From Terriglobia bacterium (GTDB lineage Bacteria; Acidobacteriota; Terriglobia; 20CM-2-55-15), in the NCBI GenBank assembly GCA_965218585.1, contig CBDCLE010000008.1:18763-82762 (forward strand): a stretch of 64,000 bases of DNA, in the 5' to 3' direction. Below are positions 19,882 to 31,753 of this stretch, one piece after another (position 1 is the stretch's first letter; the number at the start of each line of letters is the position of its first letter). The translations under genes were made by a program, and so were the position numbers. The notes beneath the pieces are model-generated. The model was not told the DNA's origin and made no database searches. It was given only the letters and a program-made list of their open reading frames with translations.

Positions 19882-21485
19882 TCATGAAACCGGCGTGTTC
19901 ATAGACTGCTCTGCCGTTTTCATCTGCTTGGCAAACATCGGGCGAATCCATTGCTCAATGCCTTTGGTGTGGATGTTGACCCAGTAGTCGGCCCAGTCAA
20001 TGTCTTCCGGCGTCCATCGCAGGCGTTCCTGGTCGGTAGGGGTTAGCATGTCATTGGCGCGACGAATGTTTCCCGTCTCGAAAACGAAACTGTTGTGCAC
20101 CATGAAGGGAAGGAACTTATCCAGGGTCTGCTCCTGCTGACGCAACTGCCGACGGGTAACTCTAAGGTTTCGCAGATAAGGATTCATGACGCGGGGTCCC
20201 AGGATCACTTTCATAAAATTGAAAGTCGCCTGGATCAAGTCCAGGCCCCAACGCACTCGCTTGCGGGTCGTTGTCAGCTGAGACACGCTCACGACTTCGG
20301 TTTCGATATAGGCTTTCCAGAGATTTGCGAGCTTGTTGCCGTCCTTTTTGTGTTTGTGTTTGTAACGCGCGTTCATTCCGAGGAATCCAACCAAACGTGG
20401 CAGCAGCACAGGGTTATCGGCGGCCGTTGCCAGGTGGTACACCTTCTCTCCGCGGTTGGCCAGGACTGCGGCGGTAGCGATAAGGATGCCCGTGGCGACC
20501 AGGTCGACGGGAATAATCTCCAGCGATCCGTCTTTTCTGACCGGCCATGCCTTGACACCCGCACCTCCCATCAGAACCAGGGGGGCCGATGTCGTCATGC
20601 CTTCATTCCAGCCGGGAAAAGGAAAATTGAGACACGTTTCGACGATTGCAGGTCTGACGATGCAGTATTTGAGTCCTTCCGTGCCTGCGATCAGCTGCTC
20701 ACCCATACTCTTGGTATAGGTATAGGTGTTGATCCATCCCCACTGCTCCGCGCGCTCCATTCCACCGTCCCGAAGCTTTATCCTGTCGTCGGTTTCTTCG
20801 ATGAATCGCTCGCACCACTCAAGTTCGCGCGTCACGTCGAAATTGTTGTCCCCGGGCTCCTCCCGTCGCGGGTAGTAACCGACAATCGGATCATCTTCCG
20901 GGATGAGGCCGCTCTTCTTTCCGGCGACGTAACAGGTCGAGATATGCACGAGCTTGGCGTCGAGCACCTGAACCAGTTCGATCAGGTTGCGGATTCCATA
21001 GACGTTTGTGATGAGGGATTCGTTCAATGGCGGATCAAATTCCACCAGGCCGGCCGAATTGATGACAAGGTCGACCCTGCCGGCGAGTTTCCCAAGCTGT
21101 TCGGCCGGGATGCCGCACATCGGAGCACTCAGGTCGCCCTCCACAATCGACGTCCGTTGCCGGATCGCTTCCACGCCAATGCGTTCTACCAGCGGTTGCA
21201 GGGGAGGGGACTTGAGTACTTCGTTCAGGAATCGCTCCTCACCAGAGAGGTTCTTCTTGGGTCGTACCTGTATGATGAGGTGTTTCAGCTCGGGAAACTG
21301 TTCGAGCACCATCGCCAGCAGCACCTTACCGACAAATCCCGTCGCGCCCAGGAGAAGGATCGTCTTGCTGCGGAACTGATCGATAGCCGAGATCTCTCCT
21401 GTGCCGTCCGGGCGGCGCGTGTCGGTGGGCACGTATTGACCACGGACAGGATCAAAACGCCACGAAGCGAGTTGGCCTTTCTCGT

Positions 21486-21489
<4 letters not shown>
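19882..21489 (-). CDS. Stand-alone fatty acyl-CoA reductase (NAD_binding_4 + Sterile domain)
   Basis: GATGFVGKV, ISTCYV, GWINTYTYTKSMGE, IVRPAIVE...P.PGW.EG, IIPVD, C-terminal IDW.DY. ATG 21489 overlaps the upstream TGA (ATGA). Confidence 0.88.
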
Positions 21490-23137
<1,648 letters not shown>

Positions 23138-23141
<4 letters not shown>

Positions 23142-23893
23142 CTTGGTGTCTGGGCCGCACCGACGTCGGACCCGAGAAACGGTGGAAATTGGTTGGAATC
23201 GCCGTTCTGACCCAGACTATTCAGATTGAGAATCGGCCATTGCCGGTTCCTGGCGAACCGGCGCAGTCTGTGCGTCGGGTTGGTGGCGACCGGATTTCCT
23301 GTTGCCGTCAACATGGGAATGTCCGAGGTGCTGTCTGAGAACGCACACGACTCATTCAAATCGATATTTTCCATTTCTGCGTAAGCCATGATAATCGTTG
23401 CCTTCGCGGTTTCTGCCACCAGTGGGGCGAGAACTTTTCCTGTCGCGATGTGATTCTTGAACTCAAGGCGGTTACAGATAACCTCGTCAAAACCGAAGTG
23501 CAGAGCGATGGGCCGCACCGTGAAGTCCAGAGCTCCGGTGACAAGAATGTTCCGGTATCCCTGTTCGCGGGTCTGGGCGATCAAAGCTTCAGACCCCGCA
23601 TAGATCGACGGTTTCAGCGTCACCTCGAACAGGTCGTCAGCCAGCCCGATGAGCCGGTCTCGATGCATCCCCCGATACGCTCTGAAAAAGAATACGTTGA
23701 ATAGCGCTCGCGAATAGAGGTCCAGTCCTAGAAATACAGGAACTCTCAGGAGGACTTTCGTGAATTGATAGATCGATTTGAATATAGACCGATCGTTGCG
23801 GGCGTAGTAAGCGTAAGTCGTGACCAGGTTGCACGATAGCAGTGTGCCGTCCAGATCAAAGAACGCGGCCTTTTTTTGTGTTTTGCCGTCCAA
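23138..23893 (-). CDS. HAD-IB family hydrolase (SerB-like; ElbB-like)
   Basis: AAFFDLDGTL, LVTG, K, AFSDSTSDIPML..TGNP..TNP. TTG start with GAGG RBS. Confidence 0.9.
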
Positions 23894-23957
23894 AACTACC
23901 TCTGGGTTCGAATATTACACTACGGGAAGCTTAGCGTTGAAAGCCAACAGCTGATTG

Positions 23958-24644
23958 CTATTCGGTCAGGTATGGTTCGATCGTTTCCAGAACGGTATCG
24001 ACGACAATCGTATAGCCTTCGCTGGTGGGATGGATGCCGTCAGCTTGCATGTAACGTTCGTATTCTTCGATCAACCCTTCGAGAAAAAACGGTATGAGGA
24101 CGACGTCGTGCTCTTCGGCCAGGTCCACGTATATCGATTCGAAATCGCTGATATAGTCCGGCCCGTAGTTGAGCGGGAGGCTCATGCCTACCAGAATGAC
24201 CCTCGAACCGGCATCGTTAAAGGCTTCGATCATCGTTCGAAGGTTTTCGCGTGCAACATCCACCGGTACTCCCCTCAAACCATCATTGCCTCCGAGTTCA
24301 AGGATTACGATTTCCGGTTCCAGAGCCAGTGCGCCGTCCAGTCGAGCGATACCTCCGCTGGTTGTATCCCCGCTAACGCCCTGGTTGACGACACGGTAGG
24401 CGTATCCTTGCTGGTCGAGTTCAGTTTGCAACTGCGAAGGATAGGACATTGCCCGATCGACACCGCTTCCGAAGGTCAGACTGTCGCCGAACGCCAGAAT
24501 GACCGGAACGTTGGGGTCCACTTCCGCCCGAGAGGTGGTGCCGACAGGTCGCAGATTTGCTTCATCCGGTTGCGAGGTACAGGCTGCGGCCGACCCCAAC
24601 GAGCTGAGGGCAATCACTAACGCTAACAGCTGTCTTGTGTTCAT
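23958..24644 (-). CDS. tesA: GDSL/SGNH arylesterase/acyl-CoA thioesterase (TesA-like), probable lipoprotein
   Basis: FGDSLT, NQGVSGDTT, ELGGNDGLRG, MQADGIHP. Divergent from ybbA-ybbP as in E. coli. Confidence 0.9.
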   Translation of the reverse strand: MNTRQLLALVIALSSLGSAAACTSQPDEANLRPVGTTSRAEVDPNVPVILAFGDSLTFGSGVDRAMSYPSQLQTELDQQGYAYRVVNQGVSGDTTSGGIARLDGALALEPEIVILELGGNDGLRGVPVDVARENLRTMIEAFNDAGSRVILVGMSLPLNYGPDYISDFESIYVDLAEEHDVVLIPFFLEGLIEEYERYMQADGIHPTSEGYTIVVDTVLETIEPYLTE

Positions 24645-24732
24645 CTTATTAATCTAGCGGCCAATCAACGCACATTACGCGAGTCCAGACGATAGTGTAC
24701 GATACTGAGACACGTATTAAATCCGCGTAACC

Positions 24733-25434
24733 ATGATTGTCGTCAAAAACCTCGTCAAGACCATCGAAACGACGACCCACCGGGTCGAGATTCTCAGAGA
24801 CCTCAGCTTCGAGGTCCCGGAGTCTCAGGTCGTTGCGTTCATGGGGCCCTCTGGCAGCGGCAAGAGTACGCTGTTGGGGATGCTGGCCGGTTTGGATTGG
24901 CCGACTTCGGGATCGGTGTCTGTAGATGGGATAGAAATTACCGATCTCAGCGAGGACGAACTGGCGACGATCCGCGGACGGAAGATGGGTTTCGTCTTCC
25001 AGGCCTACCATCTGATCCCAACACTGACTGCGATGGAAAACATTCTCCTGCCTGCGGAGATGCTTGGGGATGGGGTCAACGGCGCTATGGATCGTGCCCA
25101 TGACCTCCTGGATGGGGTGGGGTTGCTGGATCGCCATGACCACTATCCGGCACAGCTTTCTGGAGGCGAACAGCAGAGGGTGGCGATCGCGCGCGCTTTC
25201 ATGATGGAGCCCGCCGTCCTCCTGGCCGATGAACCCACCGGGAACCTTGATAGTGCCAACGGAAGCCATGTCCTCGAACTCCTTCTGAAGTTGAATCGGG
25301 AACGCGGAACAACTCTGGTTCTGGTGACACACGATCAGGAACTCGCCTCGAATGCAGACCGCCGAATCCTTCTGAAGGACGGCCAGATTGTTAACGATGA
25401 GATGGGAGCGGTGGGCCCGACGCTAATCGACTGA
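24733..25434 (+). CDS. ybbA: ABC transporter ATP-binding protein (YbbA/LolD-like)
   Basis: GPSGSGKST, LSGGEQQRVAIARA, LLADEPTGNLD, VTHD. Confidence 0.9.
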   Translation: MIVVKNLVKTIETTTHRVEILRDLSFEVPESQVVAFMGPSGSGKSTLLGMLAGLDWPTSGSVSVDGIEITDLSEDELATIRGRKMGFVFQAYHLIPTLTAMENILLPAEMLGDGVNGAMDRAHDLLDGVGLLDRHDHYPAQLSGGEQQRVAIARAFMMEPAVLLADEPTGNLDSANGSHVLELLLKLNRERGTTLVLVTHDQELASNADRRILLKDGQIVNDEMGAVGPTLID

Positions 25435-25543
25435 GCGTGGGGGGACCGGACCGGCGTATGAGTTCCCGTAGACCAGGCAATGAAGAGGTGTATGTGCACT
25501 CTATACACAAGAACTTGAGGGGGACGGTGGGCCCGACGCTAAT
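25409..25543 (+). repeat. 19-bp direct repeat at 116-bp spacing between ybbA and ybbP
   Basis: CGGTGGGCCCGACGCTAAT at 25409-25427 and 25525-25543. Confidence 0.85.
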
Positions 25544-25549
25544 AGAAGT

Positions 25550-28072
25550 ATGAAATTCGCTCTTCGGATGGCATGGCGTGAAGCCCGGGCGTCGAAAGGA
25601 CGTTTCGTTTTCGTTGTGTTCGCCATAGCCGCTGGCGTAGCTGCTCTCACGGGCGTTAAGGGTTTCAACGAATCTGTGCGTTACACCCTTCTGGCTGAAG
25701 CGCGGACGCTTATGGGAGCCGATCTGGTCGTCCGCCTCTCGGTCAATCCGACTGACGAGGAACTGGCTTTCCTGGATGGACTCAGAGAGCGTGGCATCGA
25801 CTACACTCCTGTCACCGAGACCGTTTCGATGTCGTCTTCACCTTCCCAGCCCGATCCGCTCCTGAGTTCGATCAAAGCGGCTGATCTTTCGGTTTATCCC
25901 TACTACGGCACGATTGTGTTCGATCCGCCGGAGCCGGACATAGACGACGATGCAGTCGTCGTTTCCGACGACCTCTTGATGCGCCTGGAACTGGAGGTGG
26001 GCGACACAGTCCAGGTCAGTGCCGGCGAGTTTCGTATCGCGGCAGTTTCCTTGAGCGAACCTGATCGAATGACGACCGGATTCACGCTCGGCCCCCGGGT
26101 TCTGATGACGCACACGGGCTTTGATCGCGCCGGCCTGAATGTTCGCGGAAGCCGAGCGACCAGGCGGCTGTTGCTCCGGTTGCCCGAGGGCACGGATCTA
26201 GATGCCACGCGCGCAGAGATCGGGGCGGTCTTTGGTCGCAGGGCCCGAGTGTCCGACTACACCGAAGAGAACCGGACCCTTTCGCGCGGTCTCCGTCGGG
26301 CGACGACGTTTCTCAGCCTGGTCAGCTTGATCGCGCTCATCGTTGGCGGCATCGGAGTAGCGACATCGATCGAGGGACATCTCCGACAGAAGATGGATTC
26401 GATTGCAATGATCAAATGCCTGGGCGCGAAGTCGCGCCAGGTGATGCGCATCTACCTGGTTCAAGCTGGATTGCTGGGTCTGGTCGGAAGCGTAATCGGC
26501 GTCATTCTGGGTTTTGCAGCCCAGTGGGTCTTTCCGCAGTTTCTGGCCGACTATTTTGACGTTGAAGTCCAGTTGGTCCTGTCGATTTCCCCCATCATTC
26601 AGGGTGTGTTGGCCGGGATGTTGACCGCTTTATTGTTTACTGTTCCTCCGCTGCTCTCTATTGCCGATATCCGCCCGGCCCAGATCTTCAGGCGGGACAT
26701 GAATGAAAGCCTGGTCAGTCCCCGCGACTGGCGGCCCTACTACGCGTTCGGGGCAATAGCCCTGGGACTTTGGGCGATGGCCGTCTGGGTCGGATCGTCC
26801 TTCGAGGCGGGATCGATCTTCGCCGGGGGTCTGGTCGGCAGCGTCATCCTCCTCGCCGCGGTTGGGAAAGGATTGATGGTTCTGGTTCGGAGGGTTCTGG
26901 ATCGCTATTCGCTCAGCTGGCACCCGAGCCTCCGCCACGGTGTCGCGAACTTGTATCGGCCCGGGACTCACATGGTCGCCGTGCTGGTAGCACTCGGGAT
27001 AGGCGTCATGTTCACGCTTTCGGTTCAGTTACTGCAGACTTCGCTGGTCGAGCAATTGCGCGAGAGCGCGCCGCCGGACATGCCCAATGTTTTCATGATC
27101 AACATAACGGACCGTGAAAAGGACGGTCTGTGGGAGTTGTTGGAAACTCAGAACGGAATAGTCGAAGCCCGGGCGGCTGCACCCGCCGTTGCGGGTATGC
27201 TCCACACGGTGAACGGCGTACCTATCGAGGAACTGGGACTTGTCGAAGGGGAGCGGCGTTACCTCCGTGTTCAGTTTCAGCTGACCTGGTCAGAGCAGCA
27301 ACCCGAAGCGACAGAGATGCTCGAAGGCGAATGGTGGGAGCCGGGCGCCGGGCCAGGACTCGTGTCGGTTGAGGAAAACGCGGCCAGCATCCTGGATCTC
27401 TCGCGAGGAGACACCGTGGAGTGGAACATCGGCGGCAGGATCCAGTCTGCCCGCGTAGCCAATGTTCGCAGAACCGACGGTACGCGAGCGGGAGCCAACA
27501 ACCAGTTCATCCTGACGCCCGGTTCCCTCAGTGATTTCCCCGGGATTTATTTCGGCGCGCTCAGAGTCGAGGCCGACCAGGTTGGCGCACTCCAACGGGC
27601 CGTCTTTGCCAGTTATCCGTCGGTCACCGTAGTCAATGCGGCCGACATCCTGGAAATCGTTCAGGAGATGGTCGCTCAGATCAGCATGACCGTACGTTTC
27701 GTAGCCGGCTTTGCGATCCTTGGAGGATTGATCATCCTCGCCTCAAGCATTGCCGGGACCCGTTATCGTCGCATCCGTGAAGTCGCCATCCTGAAGACGG
27801 TCGGGGCCACGCGCCGCCGCATCATCGGTATCTTTTCGGTCGAGTTTCTGATCGTAGGTCTGGTGGCGGGAATCATAGGAAGTCTGCTGGCCGCCGTCTT
27901 TACGGCGATTGTGGTTGAGCAACTGATGGATGGACCCTATTCCCTGAACCTGGCGCCGTTGGTTGTGGCTACAGTCCTGGCTGCGCTGCTGGCTGTGATT
28001 ACCGGTTGGGCGGCCAGCTTTCGTATCCTGGGTCAGAAGCCGCTGGAAGTTCTGCGCAGGGCGGACGCTTAG
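25550..28072 (+). CDS. ybbP: ABC transporter permease with duplicated FtsX/MacB domains (YbbP-like)
   Basis: 840 aa; AWRE.R, AR.LMGADL, KCLGA, PN.F.INI, E.AILKT.GA. Confidence 0.9.
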   Translation: MKFALRMAWREARASKGRFVFVVFAIAAGVAALTGVKGFNESVRYTLLAEARTLMGADLVVRLSVNPTDEELAFLDGLRERGIDYTPVTETVSMSSSPSQPDPLLSSIKAADLSVYPYYGTIVFDPPEPDIDDDAVVVSDDLLMRLELEVGDTVQVSAGEFRIAAVSLSEPDRMTTGFTLGPRVLMTHTGFDRAGLNVRGSRATRRLLLRLPEGTDLDATRAEIGAVFGRRARVSDYTEENRTLSRGLRRATTFLSLVSLIALIVGGIGVATSIEGHLRQKMDSIAMIKCLGAKSRQVMRIYLVQAGLLGLVGSVIGVILGFAAQWVFPQFLADYFDVEVQLVLSISPIIQGVLAGMLTALLFTVPPLLSIADIRPAQIFRRDMNESLVSPRDWRPYYAFGAIALGLWAMAVWVGSSFEAGSIFAGGLVGSVILLAAVGKGLMVLVRRVLDRYSLSWHPSLRHGVANLYRPGTHMVAVLVALGIGVMFTLSVQLLQTSLVEQLRESAPPDMPNVFMINITDREKDGLWELLETQNGIVEARAAAPAVAGMLHTVNGVPIEELGLVEGERRYLRVQFQLTWSEQQPEATEMLEGEWWEPGAGPGLVSVEENAASILDLSRGDTVEWNIGGRIQSARVANVRRTDGTRAGANNQFILTPGSLSDFPGIYFGALRVEADQVGALQRAVFASYPSVTVVNAADILEIVQEMVAQISMTVRFVAGFAILGGLIILASSIAGTRYRRIREVAILKTVGATRRRIIGIFSVEFLIVGLVAGIIGSLLAAVFTAIVVEQLMDGPYSLNLAPLVVATVLAALLAVITGWAASFRILGQKPLEVLRRADA

Positions 28073-28087
28073 AAGTTCGTGACAGAA

Positions 28088-28257
28088 GATTTCGCTCGGT
28101 CGTTCAAACGGCCATCCTGGCCGAAAGACCGGCGGCCTCGCCATCATCCTGATGGCAAGGCCTTTCGGGAACCAAAGAAAACGTTGAGGCTCGAGTGAAA
28201 GGACCCGCACCGGTCTGACGGTTCGGGTGGCCAACGAGGCGTGGCCGAGGCGGCAGT
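28088..28257 (+). repeat. Structured ~170-nt intergenic element, copy 1 (candidate ncRNA or miniature mobile element)
   Basis: Shares long sequence blocks and hairpins with 38476-38651. Confidence 0.75.
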
Positions 28258-28321
28258 CGATGTGATGCCAAGATGCTACTGGCAACAACGCCCCGTCCGG
28301 GTTCCCCTGACCACAACTGAT

Positions 28322-29469
28322 TCAACCCAGACGTCTTCGAATCCTCGGAACCACCTCCCTCAACACCTCCGGATCCTTAAGAAACGAAAAGACAATATGA
28401 TCGCCCGGGATGTCGTAAAAGTATCCAGGATGGACGAGCAGCGTTTCTTCTTCGAGTAACGCGACTGCGAGGGTTTCTTCTTCCGACGAGCAGGGGACGA
28501 CCATGTAGAAGCCGCCATCAGGCGGCGTTCCCACTGATGGGCCGAGTACCTCAATCGCGATGTCCCGGCATTGTCGTACCCGCTCCGTATAGTCCTTGAG
28601 GAAGGTCGTTCCCTTCGCGAAAATCTCCGGAACCGAGAACTGAACCATCTCGTTCACCGGCAGGAACGTATCGGAGATCAACTCCAGCGTCGTCATCGCC
28701 TTCCGCACCAGCGGATCTTTGCCGGAAACTGCCATCCACCCCAGCTTGAGCCCGGGAAGGGCATACATCTTCGAGAAGCCGTTCAGTGTGAAGACCAGCG
28801 GTGCGTCCGTTTCCAATGGACGTGCTGCGGGTGTGTCGTCGAACGTGAAGTACCAGAAGACTTCATCGGAGATGATCGGGAATTGTTTCTGGATCGCGAT
28901 GGCTGCGATGGTCTCGACCTCGTCCCGGCTCGCAACCATGCCGGTCGGATTGTGTGGCGAGATCAGAACAATGGCTCGTGTTCGTTCGTCGATCTGATCT
29001 TCGAGATGCTCCAGATCGATTTGCCATCCCCGGTCTTCGACGAGCCGGTACTTTGAGATCTCGACTCCCGCAAGTCGCGCGATGTAATCGAACAAGGGAT
29101 AGGAGGGAATCGGACACAGAACGTTATCCCCGGGTTCGCAGAGGAGCTTGAATGCGTACCAGTAGGAGATGCTGGTTCCCGGTGTCAGCAACGTGTGTTC
29201 GGGAGTGAGGGCCTGATTCCTGTAGTGTTCGACGATGGCATCACGAGCGATAAGCTGCCCCAACGGATCGGGTCGATACGCTTCGGCAAGGCCGGAGGCC
29301 TCCGAGAGGATTGCTTCGAGTGTTTCCTGGGGAAATCGGATCCCGATGTCGTTCGCCCTGCCGCGGACGAGATCGACAATCTCCATCTGCCGACTCTTCA
29401 GCTCTTCGAGTCGTGTATAGAGCCGGTTCGTCGAGTCGGGAAATGGTTCGTGAGCCGAGAGAACCGCAT
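28322..29469 (-). CDS. PLP-dependent aminotransferase class I/II; probable 1-nt frameshift near 29441
   Basis: PSYPLF, SPHNPTG, ISDEVF, NGFSKMYALPGLKLGW, VHPGYFYD. N-terminus MRFSRLTNH lies in an adjacent frame. Confidence 0.88.
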
Positions 29470-29553
29470 TGATAAATCTAACGACAGGTGGGTTGAGACC
29501 GATTGTGCGGCGCGCGGGCGCCGCACAACTCTAAGTTATTGACCTTTAGACGA

Positions 29554-30402
29554 CTACTCTGAGAGTTCGGCGTAGATGCCGGGCACGCTCTGGGCTGCGA
29601 AGCCACCCTGAAAGGTCAGGGCCGGGTATGCTTCCGTAAGGCGTTCGGGAAAATCATCCGCGGAGACACCCTGGGAGATGAGTTCCCTTGCAGCGTCCTG
29701 AAGACCCTGGAACGCATCCCGGAAAGCCGCCAGGTCCGCCTTCGTCGATATGTTCCCATGGCCGGGAATAACGGTGTCGAAGTCCAGTTCCAGGACACTG
29801 TCGTACGTGCTGATCAGCTCGATCGCACTTCCCCCGTTGCCGTAGTCGATGTACGGGGCCGCTCCGCCGAAGTACAGATCACCCATGTGGACCACACCGA
29901 GATCCGGGAAATAAACGATCGAGTCCCCGTTGGTATGTCCGCGTCCCATGTAGCGTGCCTCGATTTCAGCATCGCCCAGGTACAGGGCGGTCTGGTCGCT
30001 ATAGACGATGTCCGGTGCTCCCGGCTGGTCGTTCCGAAGAATGTTGACCCGCACGTTCTCGTGCGCCAGTATGGGAGCCAGTGCCGCGAACTGTTCGTTC
30101 CCGCCGGTATGGTCGCCATGATGGTGCGTATTGAAGACGTAACGGATCGGCTGGTCGGTCACGCTCTCGATGGCTGAGATGATGTCGTTGTAGTTGTCTT
30201 CGAACTTGTCGTCGATGACGATGACCCCCTCGGACGTGACCCGAATGCCGACATTGCCGCCAGGCCCGGTCACGACGTACAGTCCGTCGGCCAGTTCACT
30301 GATCTCGATCGGCGGCTGTTCCTGCTGAGTTGCAGCGGTCGCCGCCGCGAGTCCGATCCCGACAATGGCGGCCAACGATATGACTAGAATCTTATTGCGC
30401 AT
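29554..30402 (-). CDS. Exported MBL-fold metallo-hydrolase (cyclase-like)
   Basis: Signal peptide, NTHHHGDHTGGN, GHTNGD, HMGD, IPGHG. GGAGG RBS. Confidence 0.9.
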   Translation of the reverse strand: MRNKILVISLAAIVGIGLAAATAATQQEQPPIEISELADGLYVVTGPGGNVGIRVTSEGVIVIDDKFEDNYNDIISAIESVTDQPIRYVFNTHHHGDHTGGNEQFAALAPILAHENVRVNILRNDQPGAPDIVYSDQTALYLGDAEIEARYMGRGHTNGDSIVYFPDLGVVHMGDLYFGGAAPYIDYGNGGSAIELISTYDSVLELDFDTVIPGHGNISTKADLAAFRDAFQGLQDAARELISQGVSADDFPERLTEAYPALTFQGGFAAQSVPGIYAELSE

Positions 30403-30553
30403 CCAATTGCCTCCTACTGCATTCACAGATCTTTTTGAGACGCGTATTGTAACCCTTTCACGATTCCAAAAAAACGGGGTTGACCCTATGAGTCCTTATT
30501 AGGGTAATAATATACTTGACTAACCAAGAATGGTGTGGAATACTGCCTCTATC

Positions 30554-31540
30554 ATGAAGAAAGAGACACTTCCTACCACGCTCCGAGAAGCCTTTATTCA
30601 GTTCTCCAACGAGGACCTATGCGTCCAGTTCGTCGCTGTCATGCGCTGGCCCGATGGTGATCCAGTTTGCCCCCACTGCAACCAGACAGGCACAGGATAC
30701 CTGAAGACTCAGCGTCGTTGGAAGTGCAAGAACCGCGATTGCCGAAAGCAATTCTCTGTGAAAGTCGGAACGATCTTCGAAGACTCCCCGATTCCGCTGT
30801 CTAAGTGGCTCACCGTTGTATGGATGGTGACGAACTGCAAGAACGGCATCAGTTCCTATGAAGTCGCTCGGGACATCGGTGTCACTCAGAAAAGCGCATG
30901 GTTCATGGAGCATCGCGTTCGGACCGCAATGGAGTCCGGCAGCTTTCAGAAACGACTCTTTAGCGGAAAAGTCGAGGCAGACGAAACCTTCATCGGCGGG
31001 CTGGCCCGCAATATGCACAAGAGTCGAAGGTTAAAGACCGTGAAGGGGCCTGGTGGAATCGCGTCTGGCAAGACAGCCGTCATGGGATTGTTGGAGCGCC
31101 ACGGGAAGAAGGGTAAGAGCCAGATTCGTGCAGCCGTCGTGAAGAACACGCGCAGAAAGACGCTCCAGGGCGAGATCAGGGTAAACGTTGAAAAAGGAAG
31201 TGAAGTCTTCACGGACGGTCTTCTATCGTATGAAGGGCTGGGACCCGACTTCTTTCATGACTTCGTGGACCACGCTGAAACCTACGTCAAGGGGCAAGTC
31301 CACACGAACGGCGTTGAGAATTTCTGGACACTCCTGAAGAGGACGATCAAAGGCACCTATGTGAGCGTGGAACCGTTCCACCTGTTTCGGTACTTGAACG
31401 AGCAGACCTTCCGTTTCAATGAGAGAGACAAAGACGATCTCGGTCGGTTTCTTACCGTCATGAGCGGGATCGCCGGGAAGCGTCTCACCTATGCCAATCT
31501 GATAGGAAAAGACGGCTTGCCTGAACCCGCGCAACCATAA
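30554..31540 (+). CDS. IS1595-family DDE transposase
   Basis: RWPDG..CPHC...CK..C zinc ribbon, GTIFEDS, QKSAWF, VEADETFIGG, FTDG, HTNGVENFW, YL.E..FRFN. TTGACT-17-AATACT promoter beginning in IRL. Confidence 0.95.
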   Translation: MKKETLPTTLREAFIQFSNEDLCVQFVAVMRWPDGDPVCPHCNQTGTGYLKTQRRWKCKNRDCRKQFSVKVGTIFEDSPIPLSKWLTVVWMVTNCKNGISSYEVARDIGVTQKSAWFMEHRVRTAMESGSFQKRLFSGKVEADETFIGGLARNMHKSRRLKTVKGPGGIASGKTAVMGLLERHGKKGKSQIRAAVVKNTRRKTLQGEIRVNVEKGSEVFTDGLLSYEGLGPDFFHDFVDHAETYVKGQVHTNGVENFWTLLKRTIKGTYVSVEPFHLFRYLNEQTFRFNERDKDDLGRFLTVMSGIAGKRLTYANLIGKDGLPEPAQP

Positions 31541-31593
31541 AACCGCGTCAGCGGCGGGGGAAAGGCTGACGCGGTGATACAATGTTGATTGGC

Positions 31594-31752
31594 ATGACAC
31601 CAGCCGAGAAGCCGAGACCATTTCCTGCAGCCTTTTCCCAGATCGAGGCCACATTGAAGCGTCTTTTGGGGGTTTCTAAGGCTGAGTTAGACCGAACGAT
31701 CGAACAGAATAGAAACAGCCGAAAATCTAAGTCACGGCTAAAGAAGGTCTAG
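31594..31752 (+). CDS. Small basic protein inside the IS1595 element (52 aa, not in ORF track)
   Basis: MTPAEKPRPFPAAFSQIEATLKRLLGVSKAELDRTIEQNRNSRKSKSRLKKV*. Preceded by TGATACAAT extended -10; stop is 1 nt before the ATPase start. Confidence 0.55.
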   Translation: MTPAEKPRPFPAAFSQIEATLKRLLGVSKAELDRTIEQNRNSRKSKSRLKKV

Positions 31753-31753
31753 A

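Noticed and set aside
24649-25332. 227-aa antisense ORF over ybbA (similarly 38842-39630 over mrp)
   Set aside because: Antisense shadow ORFs of conserved ATPase genes.
25409-25543. Possible mini-CRISPR
   Set aside because: Only two 19-bp repeats with a 97-bp spacer and no cas genes in the window.
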